Shown here: positions 38,177-50,167 of the stretch, one piece after another | How the letters are laid out: every line of letters starts with the position of its first letter | How positions within the stretch are numbered: position 1 is the first letter of the stretch | Assembly: GCA_031763465.1 (NCBI GenBank) | Contig: JARFOE010000234.1 | Coordinates: 599,268-663,104, forward strand | Direction: 5' to 3' | Length of the DNA stretch: 63,837 nucleotides | Source: Squatina squatina | Lineage: Eukaryota | Notes under the pieces: generated by a model | Told to the model about the DNA's origin: nothing | What the model saw: only the letters and a program-made list of their open reading frames with translations | Databases searched by the model: none | Program-made: the position numbers and the translations under genes

Positions 38177-41100
38177 NNNNNNNNNNNNNNNNNNNNNNNN
38201 NNNNNNNNNNNNNNNNNNNNNNNNNNNNNNNNNNNNNNNNNNNNNNNNNNNNNNNNNNNNNNNNNNNNNNNNNNNNATATATGTGTCTTATTAGCACAAC
38301 ACCCATTCGCCTGTTTTCAACCTTTGGCCAAAATAACCTCCTGCATGTTTATTTTCTGTTAAGTTACATTAGGAAGCATAAACATTTTGGAACCTCAATT
38401 AATTCCTTCCCGAGCACATAATGTATTCCCATTCGTGTCAGAGTGTATTGTCAGATCACCTCCTGTGAATGTTTACAAATGTTTGCATATGATAACACAC
38501 TGTATTACAGCCTCCATCCATGTTTGCACAACCTTCAGCTTTTGACGTATTCTAACATGTGCCAATGAAAACAATGTACCCTTAATAGTTTGTGTGATCT
38601 AAGAAAATCATTTCCAAATGGATATAATGCTTGCAAATCCCTGATGATTTTCTGAAGGATTCTGCAATGAGCATCTCAAACAGCAGGAGTCTTTTAAGTT
38701 GTATTTTTTTTTAATATGCTGCCAGTAGGTATAAGTATGAGTATGTATATCTTGTCACTCTTAGGCTCGGATCCTAACTGTAAAATGCTTTGAGGTATCT
38801 TAAATCCTTAATTCTTATCCTTTGGGTCAGTAGCATTTATGAGATTAAATATTGAAATGAGACCATTAACAGTATCCATGGCAACACTTCAACAAATGAC
38901 TCATTGAGACCTCATAGCATATAAATTTTGAAAATTATGCACACAATTTCTTTATAGAGCTATGCTTTGAATTGAAGGAATACTGTAGTTAACTCCTTAA
39001 TCAGTACAATCTTTGTCTATTTTTTTTTACCAGCAAACAGCAGCTACAATCTCATCCAATCATTCCATTAAAAGTGCCTGAATTGGCAATTTCTGTACAT
39101 TTTTGTTCTTCAGGATTCAAGTTGGATAAAGGCTTGACATCATCCATGGTGTTAAAATTGGTTTGACTGACTCTTAACATAACCTTTTCAAAGGGTTGTT
39201 TCCATCACTGCAATTGAATGAATTCAAACCTGCCACATTGACTACAACAGAAGGTTCAAGAATTGCTTAGCAAGAAACATTTAGATGGATGATTCTGCCT
39301 TTGTTTTTACCCATTGGAATGTATTTCTAGACAGGTCAAGATGCAGTGAAGTTTGCTTCCAGCACTCATAATGGGTAGGAAATATTCCAATGACATAAAT
39401 TGTCAGCATCCCACAAATACATGACTTTTAAAAATCTCATCAGTGGCTTCAGAAAGGTTAACATACTCAAGGTTATTGGTGGATACAGTGTGTTTTCTGA
39501 CCATGCAAGTGTAACTGCTATGATTTACATAAGATGGCATCTGTCAGCACTCAAGAATTTTGATTTGCTTTAAATTTGTGATTTTATGAGATCTGGCTTA
39601 CAGTTGGCTTACAAAATGCATACACTGCTGGGATACGTGGACCTCCATGCTGGCCTGNNNNNNNNNNNNNNNNNNNNNNNNNNNNNNNNNNNNNNNNNNN
39701 NNNNNNNNNNNNNNNNNNNNNNNNNNNNNNNNNNNNNNNNNNNNNNNNNNNNNNNNNTGGCACCTTTAGAACTGCACCCTTCCCAGTACCCAAATTGCGT
39801 TTCATAAGCGAGACTACAATTTGACAGAAGATTGAGTTGATGTTGCGTTCGTGCACTGAATACTCACAGAGGCATCTATTCAAGCTGCTCTCTGACACAG
39901 TTGTGGTATGAATCCAATCCATTTTGTCCAGTCATTGCACTTTCAGCTCAGTATGATTTCTATTTTTCAATTTTATTTGTGGTGGAGGGACCTTGTCGCA
40001 AACATCACTGTAATGGACTTGCCCATTTCACAGCAAACGTTACTGATTTGGTTCCACTATGAAAGCAAGGAAGATAGCAGGATTGAAGCAACATTCACCA
40101 AAATAACAGGCATTTACAGCAAGGTCTCAAATATTTCTCCTATGGCAAAACATAAACTTTATTTGCAGGCCAACATGGTGGGAGCAACAGTTTGGAGTGC
40201 ACATCGATTGGAAAGAGGTTGACATTTTAGGTATGACCCAATCAGAACTCCAATTGGCCTTTTTCTTTCAGATGATGGTCAACCTGTTGAGTATTTCCAG
40301 CAGTTTTTGTTTTTATTTCAGATCAAATTAAATACAGTTGCACCTTAGAAAGGAAGATACATGGTATAATGCTCCTGTCATTATAAATAATATATTATCC
40401 GAGTTACTATGAGCAATGCCATGAGAGATTGGTTCGTACATATATTAATTCCAGATAATCATGTAACCCAATTTCCATTATCTATTAAGCATTTAACTGG
40501 AGAAGTAATATGAAAAAATAATTTGTTTAGAAAATTTCTATTTGCAGTATGGCAGCTAAAGAACATTTAGCTTTAAGGTAGAATATGTGCATCAGTTAAA
40601 ATCCTGCACTACATGATACATTGTGCATTGCATGAAGTAACACATCATCATAGTACAACATATCTGTGAGCAACAACACAAGAGATTAGCTAGTGTACGG
40701 ATCACCAGGATATCTGGGAGTGAGTCACAATCTAATCTGCTGGCGGGGTGGAGGTGATTAGATGGTTTATGTATAGAGTCTAATGGACACCAGGAGCAAG
40801 GTCCCAGCTGTAATCTAGATTGAAATGCGCAGACAGTTGAGTTTAAGGTAATGGATACCTGGCATTGAGCTACAGGCTGGAATCCAATTGACAGGTTTAG
40901 ATGGCTTCGGTATAGCATAGTGGATATGTGGCATATACAGGCTGGCATCTAATAGAAGGGTTCAGATTCAGCAAACTGGAAGAATGAAGCTCAGTTTAAA
41001 ACTGGCACTTCAATCCCGGGTTTAGATTAATGTCTCGAATCACTTCAAGGTGTTCAGTTACCCCTTAAATTATAAACCCTGTGAATTACGACCAGCCTCA

Positions 41101-41855
41101 ATCTGTTCCAGGCTTGCTTTTTGTGCCCTCCGGAGCTGTCAGTGCTCTCAGAACTATTCATGTATGACGACATTCACATGGAAGGAATGATGATTATGAT
41201 GTCCCTGTTGCAGATTTATTGAGATTGAATACTGGGAAGTAATAGGTCCAACAAGGCTGTGTGANNNNNNNNNNNNNNNNNNNNNNNNNNNNNNNNNNNN
41301 NNNNNNNNNNNNNNNNNNNNNNNNNNNNNNNNNNNNNNNNNNNNNNNNNNNNNNNNNNNNNNNNGGACTCCAATCCTCCCCACTGCGGATATGAATTTAC
41401 CTTGTGTTTATCCTGTTTAAGTTTTCTGTGCATTGTTTTCATTAAAAACAACTTTTTCTTTTGGCACAAATGCATGGTAATTGTGTCTGATTCATACATT
41501 TTGTAATAAAGTATGTGATCTAGAGGAAATCGGGCTTTAATTATATTGCCGCTACAGTGCACTACAGTATTTGTAAAGTGAGCTGAAGCAGGATTTGTGG
41601 ATTTTCTGGGGATTAGTGCTTGGGATTTTATGTATTCAAGGATTTTTCACTCTGACATTCAGTTGTCAAGCTAATCGGTTTTACTCACATATACATTTCT
41701 TTTTCTGTGGTACCAGAAATGTGCTTTCTACATCATGCTGCGCGGCATTATAATATTAACTCTTAATGTGTTTCTATCAAACTTATCCATCCACTATTTC
41801 AGTGGAGGTGTTAACCCATTTATTTCTGAGCTATAAATTGTATTTTTTTGGTTTT

Positions 41856-42113
41856 GTCAGCTGTTGCTCAGTGTGTAGCACACTTGCCTGAGTCAGAAGG
41901 TTGTGGGTTCAAGTCCCACTCCAGGAACTTGAGCACATAAATCTAGGCTGACACCCCAGTACAATCCTGAGGGAGTGTTGCACTGCCTGAGGTGCCATCT
42001 TTCAGATGAGATGTTAAACTGAGGCCCTCTCTGGTGGACGTAAAAGATCTCATGACACTATTTTGAAGAAGAGCAGCAGAGTTATCCCCTATGTCCTGGC
42101 CAATATTTATCCC
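41856..42113 (+). mobile_element. tRNA-headed Deu-domain SINE (SacSINE1/AmnSINE-related)
   Basis: A-box-like TTGCTCAGTGTG and B-box GTTCAAGTC (41907-41915), then GGAGTGTTGCACTG..GAGGTGCCATCTTTCAGATGAGATGTTAAAC..GGACGTAAAAGATC..GTCCTGGCCAATATTTATCCC. Confidence 0.85.
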
Positions 42114-44611
42114 NNNNNNNNNNNNNNNNNNNNNNNNNNNNNNNNNNNNNNNNNNNNNNNNNNNNNNNNNNNNNNNNNNNNNNNNNNNNNNNNNNNNNNN
42201 NNNNNNNNNNNNNCATAAACACCAGCATAGACCAGTTGGGCCAAATGGCCTGCTTCTGTGCTGTAAATGCAAGCAATGAATATAGTTAGCACATTAATAA
42301 AGTGGTGATGCACAAAGCATGGAATTTTAGTGGTTGTGTAAGAAGCTAAGATACAGTAGGAATGCTGAAGCAAGTAATTCAGTTTGTGATATTCTGCAGT
42401 TCATGGAGAAATGAAGGAAGTAGGAACATGCATCAATAATCCAATCAGTAGTCAAAGGACAGCCGAAGTGGCTTGACCACAGCTTCCAGCATTCACACTA
42501 ATCAGCATGTGATTCAGATCTGCTGAGAAAAGATCTACTGTTTTTGTTACTTACAAAAGGTTTTGCAAATGTAAAATGATTTCCCTATTCTACGGGAATA
42601 CAGGCAATTAAAAAGGTACAAAGCCTATGCTGCAATTGTTCCCAAAGATCTTAAACATTATGTACCACATTGAAAATTCTTTAATGAACACCTTAAAAGA
42701 ATTGAAAATGTCAAATTGTTGAATGAATTATGCTCATATATGGCTAGATAACAGAACAAGGCTGTTAAAGCACAGGTTGGAACAGAGTGCACAATGCAGT
42801 GCATATGTTTTATTCAGCAAACTGTTTTAATTTTTACATAAGGAACAAGAATCACCACAGGGTGATTGTATGAAGCAATAAATCTTCATGTGTAGGTGTC
42901 AGCTTGTCTAGATTATGAGGCAGAAGTATGTCGCCTTTGGTGACTGCAATTCTAGTTATGGACCTCAATAAAGTTTTAATTTAGAAAGAGGCCAGCAGTT
43001 CTTAGAAAAGCTTGTAAAACCCAAAGACATGAAGTAGTGGAGATGTGACAAAAAGGGTGAAAGAATCATTGGGATTACATATTTCATCATTCTTCATCAG
43101 GAAATTAAATGACAATTTTTTTTGACAGCAGCTTCCAGTTTCTGTGAAGCAATAGGGATTAGTTGTCCTGGCTGATACCTCCCCATATGTTCCATATAGG
43201 TGGAGCCACCTTGTATGATAAAGTAACGAGATAGGGCCAGAAATTGCTGGGACTTTGCAACATTTGAACAATGCATTAAACTGTATAGCATTATTAATTC
43301 ATAAAATAACCATCAATTTGCAGACTAAAANNNNNNNNNNNNNNNNNNNNNNNNNNNNNNNNNNNNNNNNNNNNNNNNNNNNNNNNNNNNNNNNNNNNNN
43401 NNNNNNNNNNNNNNNNNNNNNNNNNNNNNNGACGCTTTCTTCTCACTGCTATGATTTTGGCTTGGAACAAACCCAAAGCTATGAGCCAAAGGTATGTCTT
43501 CTTTCATGGCTGTTAAATGTGGTATGAATAAATCATGTTTAATTGTGGTTAACAAAAAGCATAACTAAACAGCTGAAAACTTCCCTCACAATTTGCAATT
43601 GTTATTAAAACAAAAATAAAATTAAATGTCGAGTCTTTGCTAGTAGTTAATGATACTGGATAAATAAAAGTGTTGGTCTGAATTCTCAATTATGTTTTTT
43701 CTACCTCTTTAAATTATGGTACAGTGTTACAATATAATTTACATAGTTGGCTCGTGAGATTTCATCTTGTATTAAGTCTATGTAAAATTAAGTGAAACTA
43801 ATTATATATTTAATAGTGGTGCACTGTATTAAATATATGTCTGCAGGTTTGCTAGCATTCTACAAAGACGTTTCCCCAGAAGCAAAATTTGCCCTGAAGT
43901 TTCCCATTAACAATAAGCAGCAGTTCAATAAAATCAAGTTATGTGGCTAATATTTCCTACTGTTCTCAAGCTGTACTGCTCTTATTGCCGTGACTACTTT
44001 TATTTCATTTTATATTCATGAAATTCTTGTGCATAATCTTGTGAAGTGGGCTCGATGGGTAAATGAAGCATAGTAAACTGGAAGCTTACAAATAAATTAA
44101 AATAAAACAAACCTATATTCTCATGGCAATGCATGCCCTGCAAGGGTATTATTTTTATATTTAAGCCCCACAACAATAAGGAAACAGTGATATAATATGA
44201 CAACTAATGTGTTAAAATTGAAACAAAATTATGCAGATAAAATATTGATTTTAATGTATTTAGTCTTCGACANNNNNNNNNNCTGGAGTAAATGTGATTT
44301 TGGAAAACTAGAAACTGTTCAAACATATAACAACCTAGACTGGGCTCATCGCATTCTAATTATGTGGTGTTGACATCTAGATTGAAGTAAATTTCCAAAA
44401 CAAATGCCAGGAGATTCCAGAAAGAGTTCCAAGCTCCATGTCAAATGAAGACATTACATCCTTGACAGCATTTAGGGAATTAGAATTCAACCCCTTTTGT
44501 GATGTTCTGCAAAATTTTATTCATGCTGTAATTCTAACTTCAATAATTAGCGTGGACTAGTTCAAAGTGCTGCCTGGCTATCAAAAGATCTCAACAGCAG
44601 TCTGTAACAAT

Positions 44612-45225
44612 GGCCCTTAATTTGCTGGATTGGGGAATCTCGTGACATGTCCCATTTGTTAGATTTTTTTAAATCACCCTACAGCTCGAAATAAATTTGC
44701 ATTGAAAATTGCTGGAAGTGCAAGCTAATAATGGGGAATCTAGGACCTTGATGAATGACAGGATCAATAGTCTATCTCCTTAACCAATGAGATTTAAGGA
44801 TAGAGAAAGAAACCAGTGAACAATGGAGAAGGAAATAGGGTGAATTAAGGTCAAATTAGATAGAGAAAAAGAAATAAAGTGGGAAAGAAAGATTAGATTG
44901 AAAGAAAAAAAGGAGACAGAAATGGAAAGTAGGAAAAATGTAATAATGTTAAATTTTAAATTTTAAAAACCTCGAGGAACAATTTACTACCTGTAGGATT
45001 GAGACTCCACAGTTTCAACTGTTCCCTTTCTGGACCTCTACAGTTGAGTGGTATTCCAGGAACCTAATTAAAAAGGCCCTTACGTCACTAAATACCAGCC
45101 TTAACTTTCTGAGGAGGTTAATTTATTTCAACAGCACAAATGTAGAAATTTCCTAAAACTCACGAGGTGTTTAACGCTGATCTCCTGTTTTTGTGAGGCT
45201 AATGGCGGAGTGGCGCAAATCGTTC
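44612..45225. mobile_element. Older Harbinger-type non-autonomous element
   Basis: AAT|GGCCCTTAATTT terminus, purine-rich core, CpG-bearing end running into a gap. Confidence 0.4.
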
Positions 45226-45794
45226 NNNNNNNNNNNNNNNNNNNNNNNNNNNNNNNNNNNNNNNNNNNNNNNNNNNNNNNNNNNNNNNNNNNNNNNNNNN
45301 NNNNNNNNNNNNNNNNNNNNNNNNNAAAGATACTTCTAGACGCAAATGCATTAAATAACATTTGGCATAAACTACCTACAAATCAAAAAATGCTGCATTT
45401 TGTAGGATGCAACAGCAGGTATTGATAAGGAATGGGAAACTCCCAGCCTCAAGGTATAAGGATTTTGTGTTGTGGTGGGTTCCTTTAATCAGACTCAGAT
45501 GTATGGAGTAACAAAGTAGTTAATTTTAATTAATACAAACACATCCTACTTCCCAACACAATTCTGTCTGCTACTAACTCCCTGTTGCTTGGAGGAGACA
45601 CTCCCTCTATTCTCTTGAACCGTGAATGTCCATGAAGTTTTAGGACAGGTTTACAACATGAATTATCCTTCAATTTTCTGTCCAGTGTGAACCATAATTT
45701 TCCAAATATAATATACACCCAAATATAATACACACTCTGATTTTCATGAACAAAGAGTCAAATTTGCCTTATCACCATGTATAATATGCACCTT

Positions 45795-45956
45795 GGGGCC
45801 AAAATTGATTCGCGCCCTGTTGGGGTGCTCATGGGGCAGGAACCTGCATCTCTCATGCCAGCTCCTGCCCTGCCTGCCACGGAATTCATTGATCCGGGGT
45901 GCAAGCGAGCCGCAGCACGCTCCCAGACGCAACTGGGGCAGCTGGCCTGTTCCGTC
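45795..45956. mobile_element. Harbinger-type element left end
   Basis: GGGGCCAAAATT terminus, GC-rich, runs into a gap. Confidence 0.5.
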
Positions 45957-46577
45957 NNNNNNNNNNNNNNNNNNNNNNNNNNNNNNNNNNNNNNNNNNNN
46001 NNNNNNNNNNNNNNNNNNNNNNNNNNNNNNNNNNNNNNNNNNNNNNNNNNNNNNNNAACTGAACTGCTAACTCCAATCCAAACCCAGCTATAATAACAGA
46101 GACCTACCTGTCGTGGACGTATCTATCTGCAGGGCCGCCATTCTTTCAGTTTCTCAGGCTCCAAGAATTTTGTTTTTTTTTTAAAAAAGTTGTGATTGGT
46201 CTCTACATGTCACGGGACTCCTGCATAAATAAAAAGGAGCAACGTGTCATTCTATTAAAAATAAAGGCATTTTAAGAGGCATTTAACAACCAAAAGAATA
46301 ATAATACAACCAATAGCTAACTACTGTTGCAAAACAAAATAATGCACACTTTGGCCTGAACTGGGACAGGAACTGCAAGTAATAGGCACTGGTTATTTTT
46401 CTGTTTATTGGGTCGCTTTTTTTTGGTGTATACGATCCACTTCAAATCAGATTAAATAGCAGTCAGCGATACTTATTTTTAAGTTGGAAATCGTAACATA
46501 TCAAGGGAAACGTCTTTTAGAAATATCTTTTAGAAGGATTTGCATTCATCCAGGTAATGGGTTTTCCCCAAGAAAAA

Positions 46578-46641
46578 AAGACTTGCATTGATATAATTCC
46601 CTTTATGTCCTTACGATGTTCTGAAACACTTCACAACCAAC
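46578..46641 (-). mobile_element. 3' tail of a Deu-SINE or partner LINE
   Basis: ACTTGCATT.ATATA..CCTTT...CACTTCACAACCAA. Similar tails lie at 32852-32883 and 49984-50006. Confidence 0.55.
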
Positions 46642-46654
46642 AAAAGATGGCAGA

Positions 46655-46965
46655 ATATATGAACAGGAGGAGGCCATTCAGCACCTCAAGCCTATTCCAC
46701 CATTCAATTAGATCATGGCTGATCTCTATTTTAACTTAATTTACCTGCCTTGGTTGCATATGCCTTAATACCCTTGCCAAACAAAATCAATCCCAATTTT
46801 GACATTTTCAATTGACTCCCAGCCTCACCAGCATTTTTGGGGAGAGAGTTCCAGATTTTCATTACCCTTTGTGAAAAGTTGCTTCCTGATTTAACTCTTT
46901 AAATGCATGGCTTTAATTTTAGGATTGCTTCCCCCTGTTTTGGATTCCCTCACCGGAGGAAATAG
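46655..46965 (-). mobile_element. CR1 LINE 3' end (resumes at about 47255-47312 after an insert)
   Basis: AGGCCATTCAGC tail; GAGAGTTCCAGATTTTC (WNSL motif on the minus strand). Confidence 0.75.
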
Positions 46966-49900
46966 TGATGGCTGCTGAAGTCACTGAAGATTCTTGAGCG
47001 AGGCAGCCCCGACGCCTCATCGCTCATCGACGACTAATTTCTGGATGGGGTTCCTCAACAGATGTTAAGCACCTAATTTATGTTTTAGACATCTGCCTGA
47101 GATGCCAAAAATTGTCCACATGAATTTAGCAGTGGGATCAATGTTTGTACAGATTGGCCGCAGGCTGTCCCACTGCCAAATTGGTAGGTTTTGTATCTGT
47201 TTTAAGCCTAAGAAACAGGTACAACATCTACCAATTTCTACCCCTCTGTATCTACCGTATCAAACCAATTCTCGTTTTATAAATCTCAATTAGATCCTCC
47301 CTAAACCTTCTAATGATCAGGAGATTGTGAACCAATGGTGCAATTGTGCATATACTACAGCTGAAACTTGAGGATCAGCTGGTCAGCTGAAAAAAAACAT
47401 TCAGCCACAGGATCTGAATAGATCTGCTTATGGTCCATTTACTGGGACCGCACACATGCTCATCTATTACTGCGTAATTAATCACTACAAAATAAACTAC
47501 AGCTCCAAAGGCTAAGAAACATTTCATATTTGCTGGGAAGTGACGACCCACCACAGTGCTTTCGGATTGCTGTATTCAGAATCGTTGCGCTCAACAGTTT
47601 CAAGGTCCGTTCTACCAAAACAAAACTTATGTAGTATCATTAAGGATTCAAAAGTAAATTGTGCTGTCAGGATAATATTGATCTATAGTAGCAGATGCCT
47701 AGTCAGACAGTGACAGTACATTTCTTTCCTTCAGCTTCACATTAATACAGGACATGTAATAGGGGTAGCTGTGTAACACTGCTTTATGTTTCATTACTGC
47801 AGAGGACCTCATAACTCACCAATGCCAAACTCATGATTGAATGTGTAGGTCACCCTGAACTGAAATATGCAAAGCAGTATCATAGTCTATGCATGGTATC
47901 GATATATACACATACTTAACGTGTTTNNNNNNNNNNNNNNNNNNNNNNNNNNNNNNNNNNNNNNNNNNNNNNNNNNNNNNNNNNNNNNNNNNNNNNNNNN
48001 NNNNNNNNNNNNNNNNNNNNNNNNNNCTTGACATTCTCTAATGCATATTAAATCAACTAACAGATACAGGGCAAGGATCAAAGCTCAGAGTTTCCTAGTT
48101 TGTATACTTCAGCATCACAGCAGGAAGTGCAGTAGGACATTGTTTTAAATCAGTCACAATAAAATGTAATCAACGTGAACTTTTCCTTTTTTGTTCCATT
48201 GGTATTTGTTCAAACAACAAACACTGTTGACATGATTGGGATTATGGCTTGCAGGAGTGAATATTAGGGATGTCAATTGCTATTTGAATATACAGTCATA
48301 AATTCAGAGATGATTCAGCATGAGCTGTCTAAGTTAATTTTGTCTTCTTTCATTGTCAGGCTCAGGAGCCCTTCCAAGCCAATGTGCCTAATATCATCAG
48401 TATTCATAGTTGAAACAAAAATATTGAAGAAGGAATAAAAGGTTAATTTTAATTTTGAAAGGGTTTATGACAGCAAAACTCCCTCTTTAAAAGGTCAATT
48501 TAAACCTGCTCCTCTGTTTTGTTTAATTGTTTATAGAAATATTTTCCAATGATGTGATTTGTCAGTACAGCATGCTTGCTAGGTTAATAAGGTATTTCTG
48601 TGAGGACCAATTAGTTGTTATTGAACAAACTCTGTTAGAATTTGGCTTATTAATTATTAGGAGGAAAACTAAAAAATAGGGGCTGTTATTCTTAAATAAG
48701 ATTTGAGTTCAGTATTTTGTTCAAGTATTAAGGCAACCTTGTTACTTCAATAGAGTGGATGCTTTGCATCATTTTCATTACTGAAATTGCTGGAGTGTGA
48801 CCCCTCAAAGAGCAGTGCCTTGTTTGCACAGTAATTGAAAATAGGCTTAAAATGATAGGAATGATGGTGTNNNNNNNNNNNNNNNNNNNNNNNNNNNNNN
48901 NNNNNNNNNNNNNNNNNNNNNNNNNNNNNNNNNNNNNNNNNNNNNNNNNNNNNNNNNNNNNNNNNNNNNNAGAGTGCATCTGCAACATAAATCACACCAT
49001 CATGTCATGCTGTACTTCTGTTGTGAACTGAGAGATAATACCATGATTAAGATATTTGGAAATCATTAGCATTTATATTGGAAGCTTTACATCAATATAT
49101 GAACGAATAAGACTTGCAACCCGAAGCACATTTGCAAGTAAAATTGGAATGCAAGTTCTAAATATTCCTATGCCAGCACTACTTTCACTCCCTTCAGTTC
49201 TGCCATCACGATCACTGCACGTATCCCTAATTTGCAAGTGTCATTAAAGCACAGAAATGCTACCAGACATGGTACTTCCAGCCTCTTGGGAATTTTCAAA
49301 CAATGCATATTCTGTTGTCAACTGGAATTGGCTCACTTTATGCTTTCTTGATGGCTTGGAAGCTTCTTTACATATTCAGAGTCGTCATTACTTTCCACTG
49401 AGGCAAATTGGGAAATAAGCACATTAGTAAGGCACTTGAGGCCTTCTTATCCTGCTGCATTGTGTAAGAGTGGTGATCATAATGTGATGGGTTTTAAAAG
49501 TGATGATGAACCTAAACATGACATTGATAAGGCTTCGAGTGACAACTGCACAAAGTTATGAGGAAAATAACCAGAGTAGAAGTCTTCTCTACTTTTCTCG
49601 GTGTATATCACTGTCATCCTTATTGTCCCAGTGGCATCCTTCTAAAGAAAAGAATAAGAGCAGAGTTAATAAAAAGTAATGCCCCCCAAAGGTCACATGC
49701 AAATTATCTCCCCGTTATCCAGTTACAAACAAGAATACCCGGTTGCTGGGGGAAATTTAACCCAAGACTTTGTAAAGTAAATTATAAATAAGATCACTTC
49801 TCGTCCAACGCCGACCTCGTGTAAATACAGTCTAAATGCAGAGTGAGGGGAGAGAGTTTTAACACACGATTTACACCACACAAGTTTAGTATTGGTACAA

Positions 49901-50006
49901 AGCTAAAAAAGCTTTGCACCGACACTCAACTTGTAATCTAACCGCAGCCTGCAAGCATTTTAACATCACGATACACTTCAAAACTACAACAACTTGCATT
50001 TATATA

Positions 50007-50167
50007 TAGGATGACCAGATCGGAAGAGTCCCAAAACGGGACAATCAGTCTGCACATGCGCAGTGCGTTCCTCGCCGGGACCGTGCAGGCGCAAAAAAAC
50101 CCAGAACATTTGAGCAAATTTGAGGCAAGTGTCGGGACACTTCCTCAAAAACCAGAAGTGTCGTGGC
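50007..50167. mobile_element. hAT-Blackjack-like element, left end
   Basis: TAGGATGACCAGAT...GTCCC...GGGAC subterminal motifs; runs into a gap. Confidence 0.55.

Noticed and set aside
41856-41925. tRNA gene
   Set aside because: The A/B boxes continue straight into a SINE body, and no full cloverleaf is evident.
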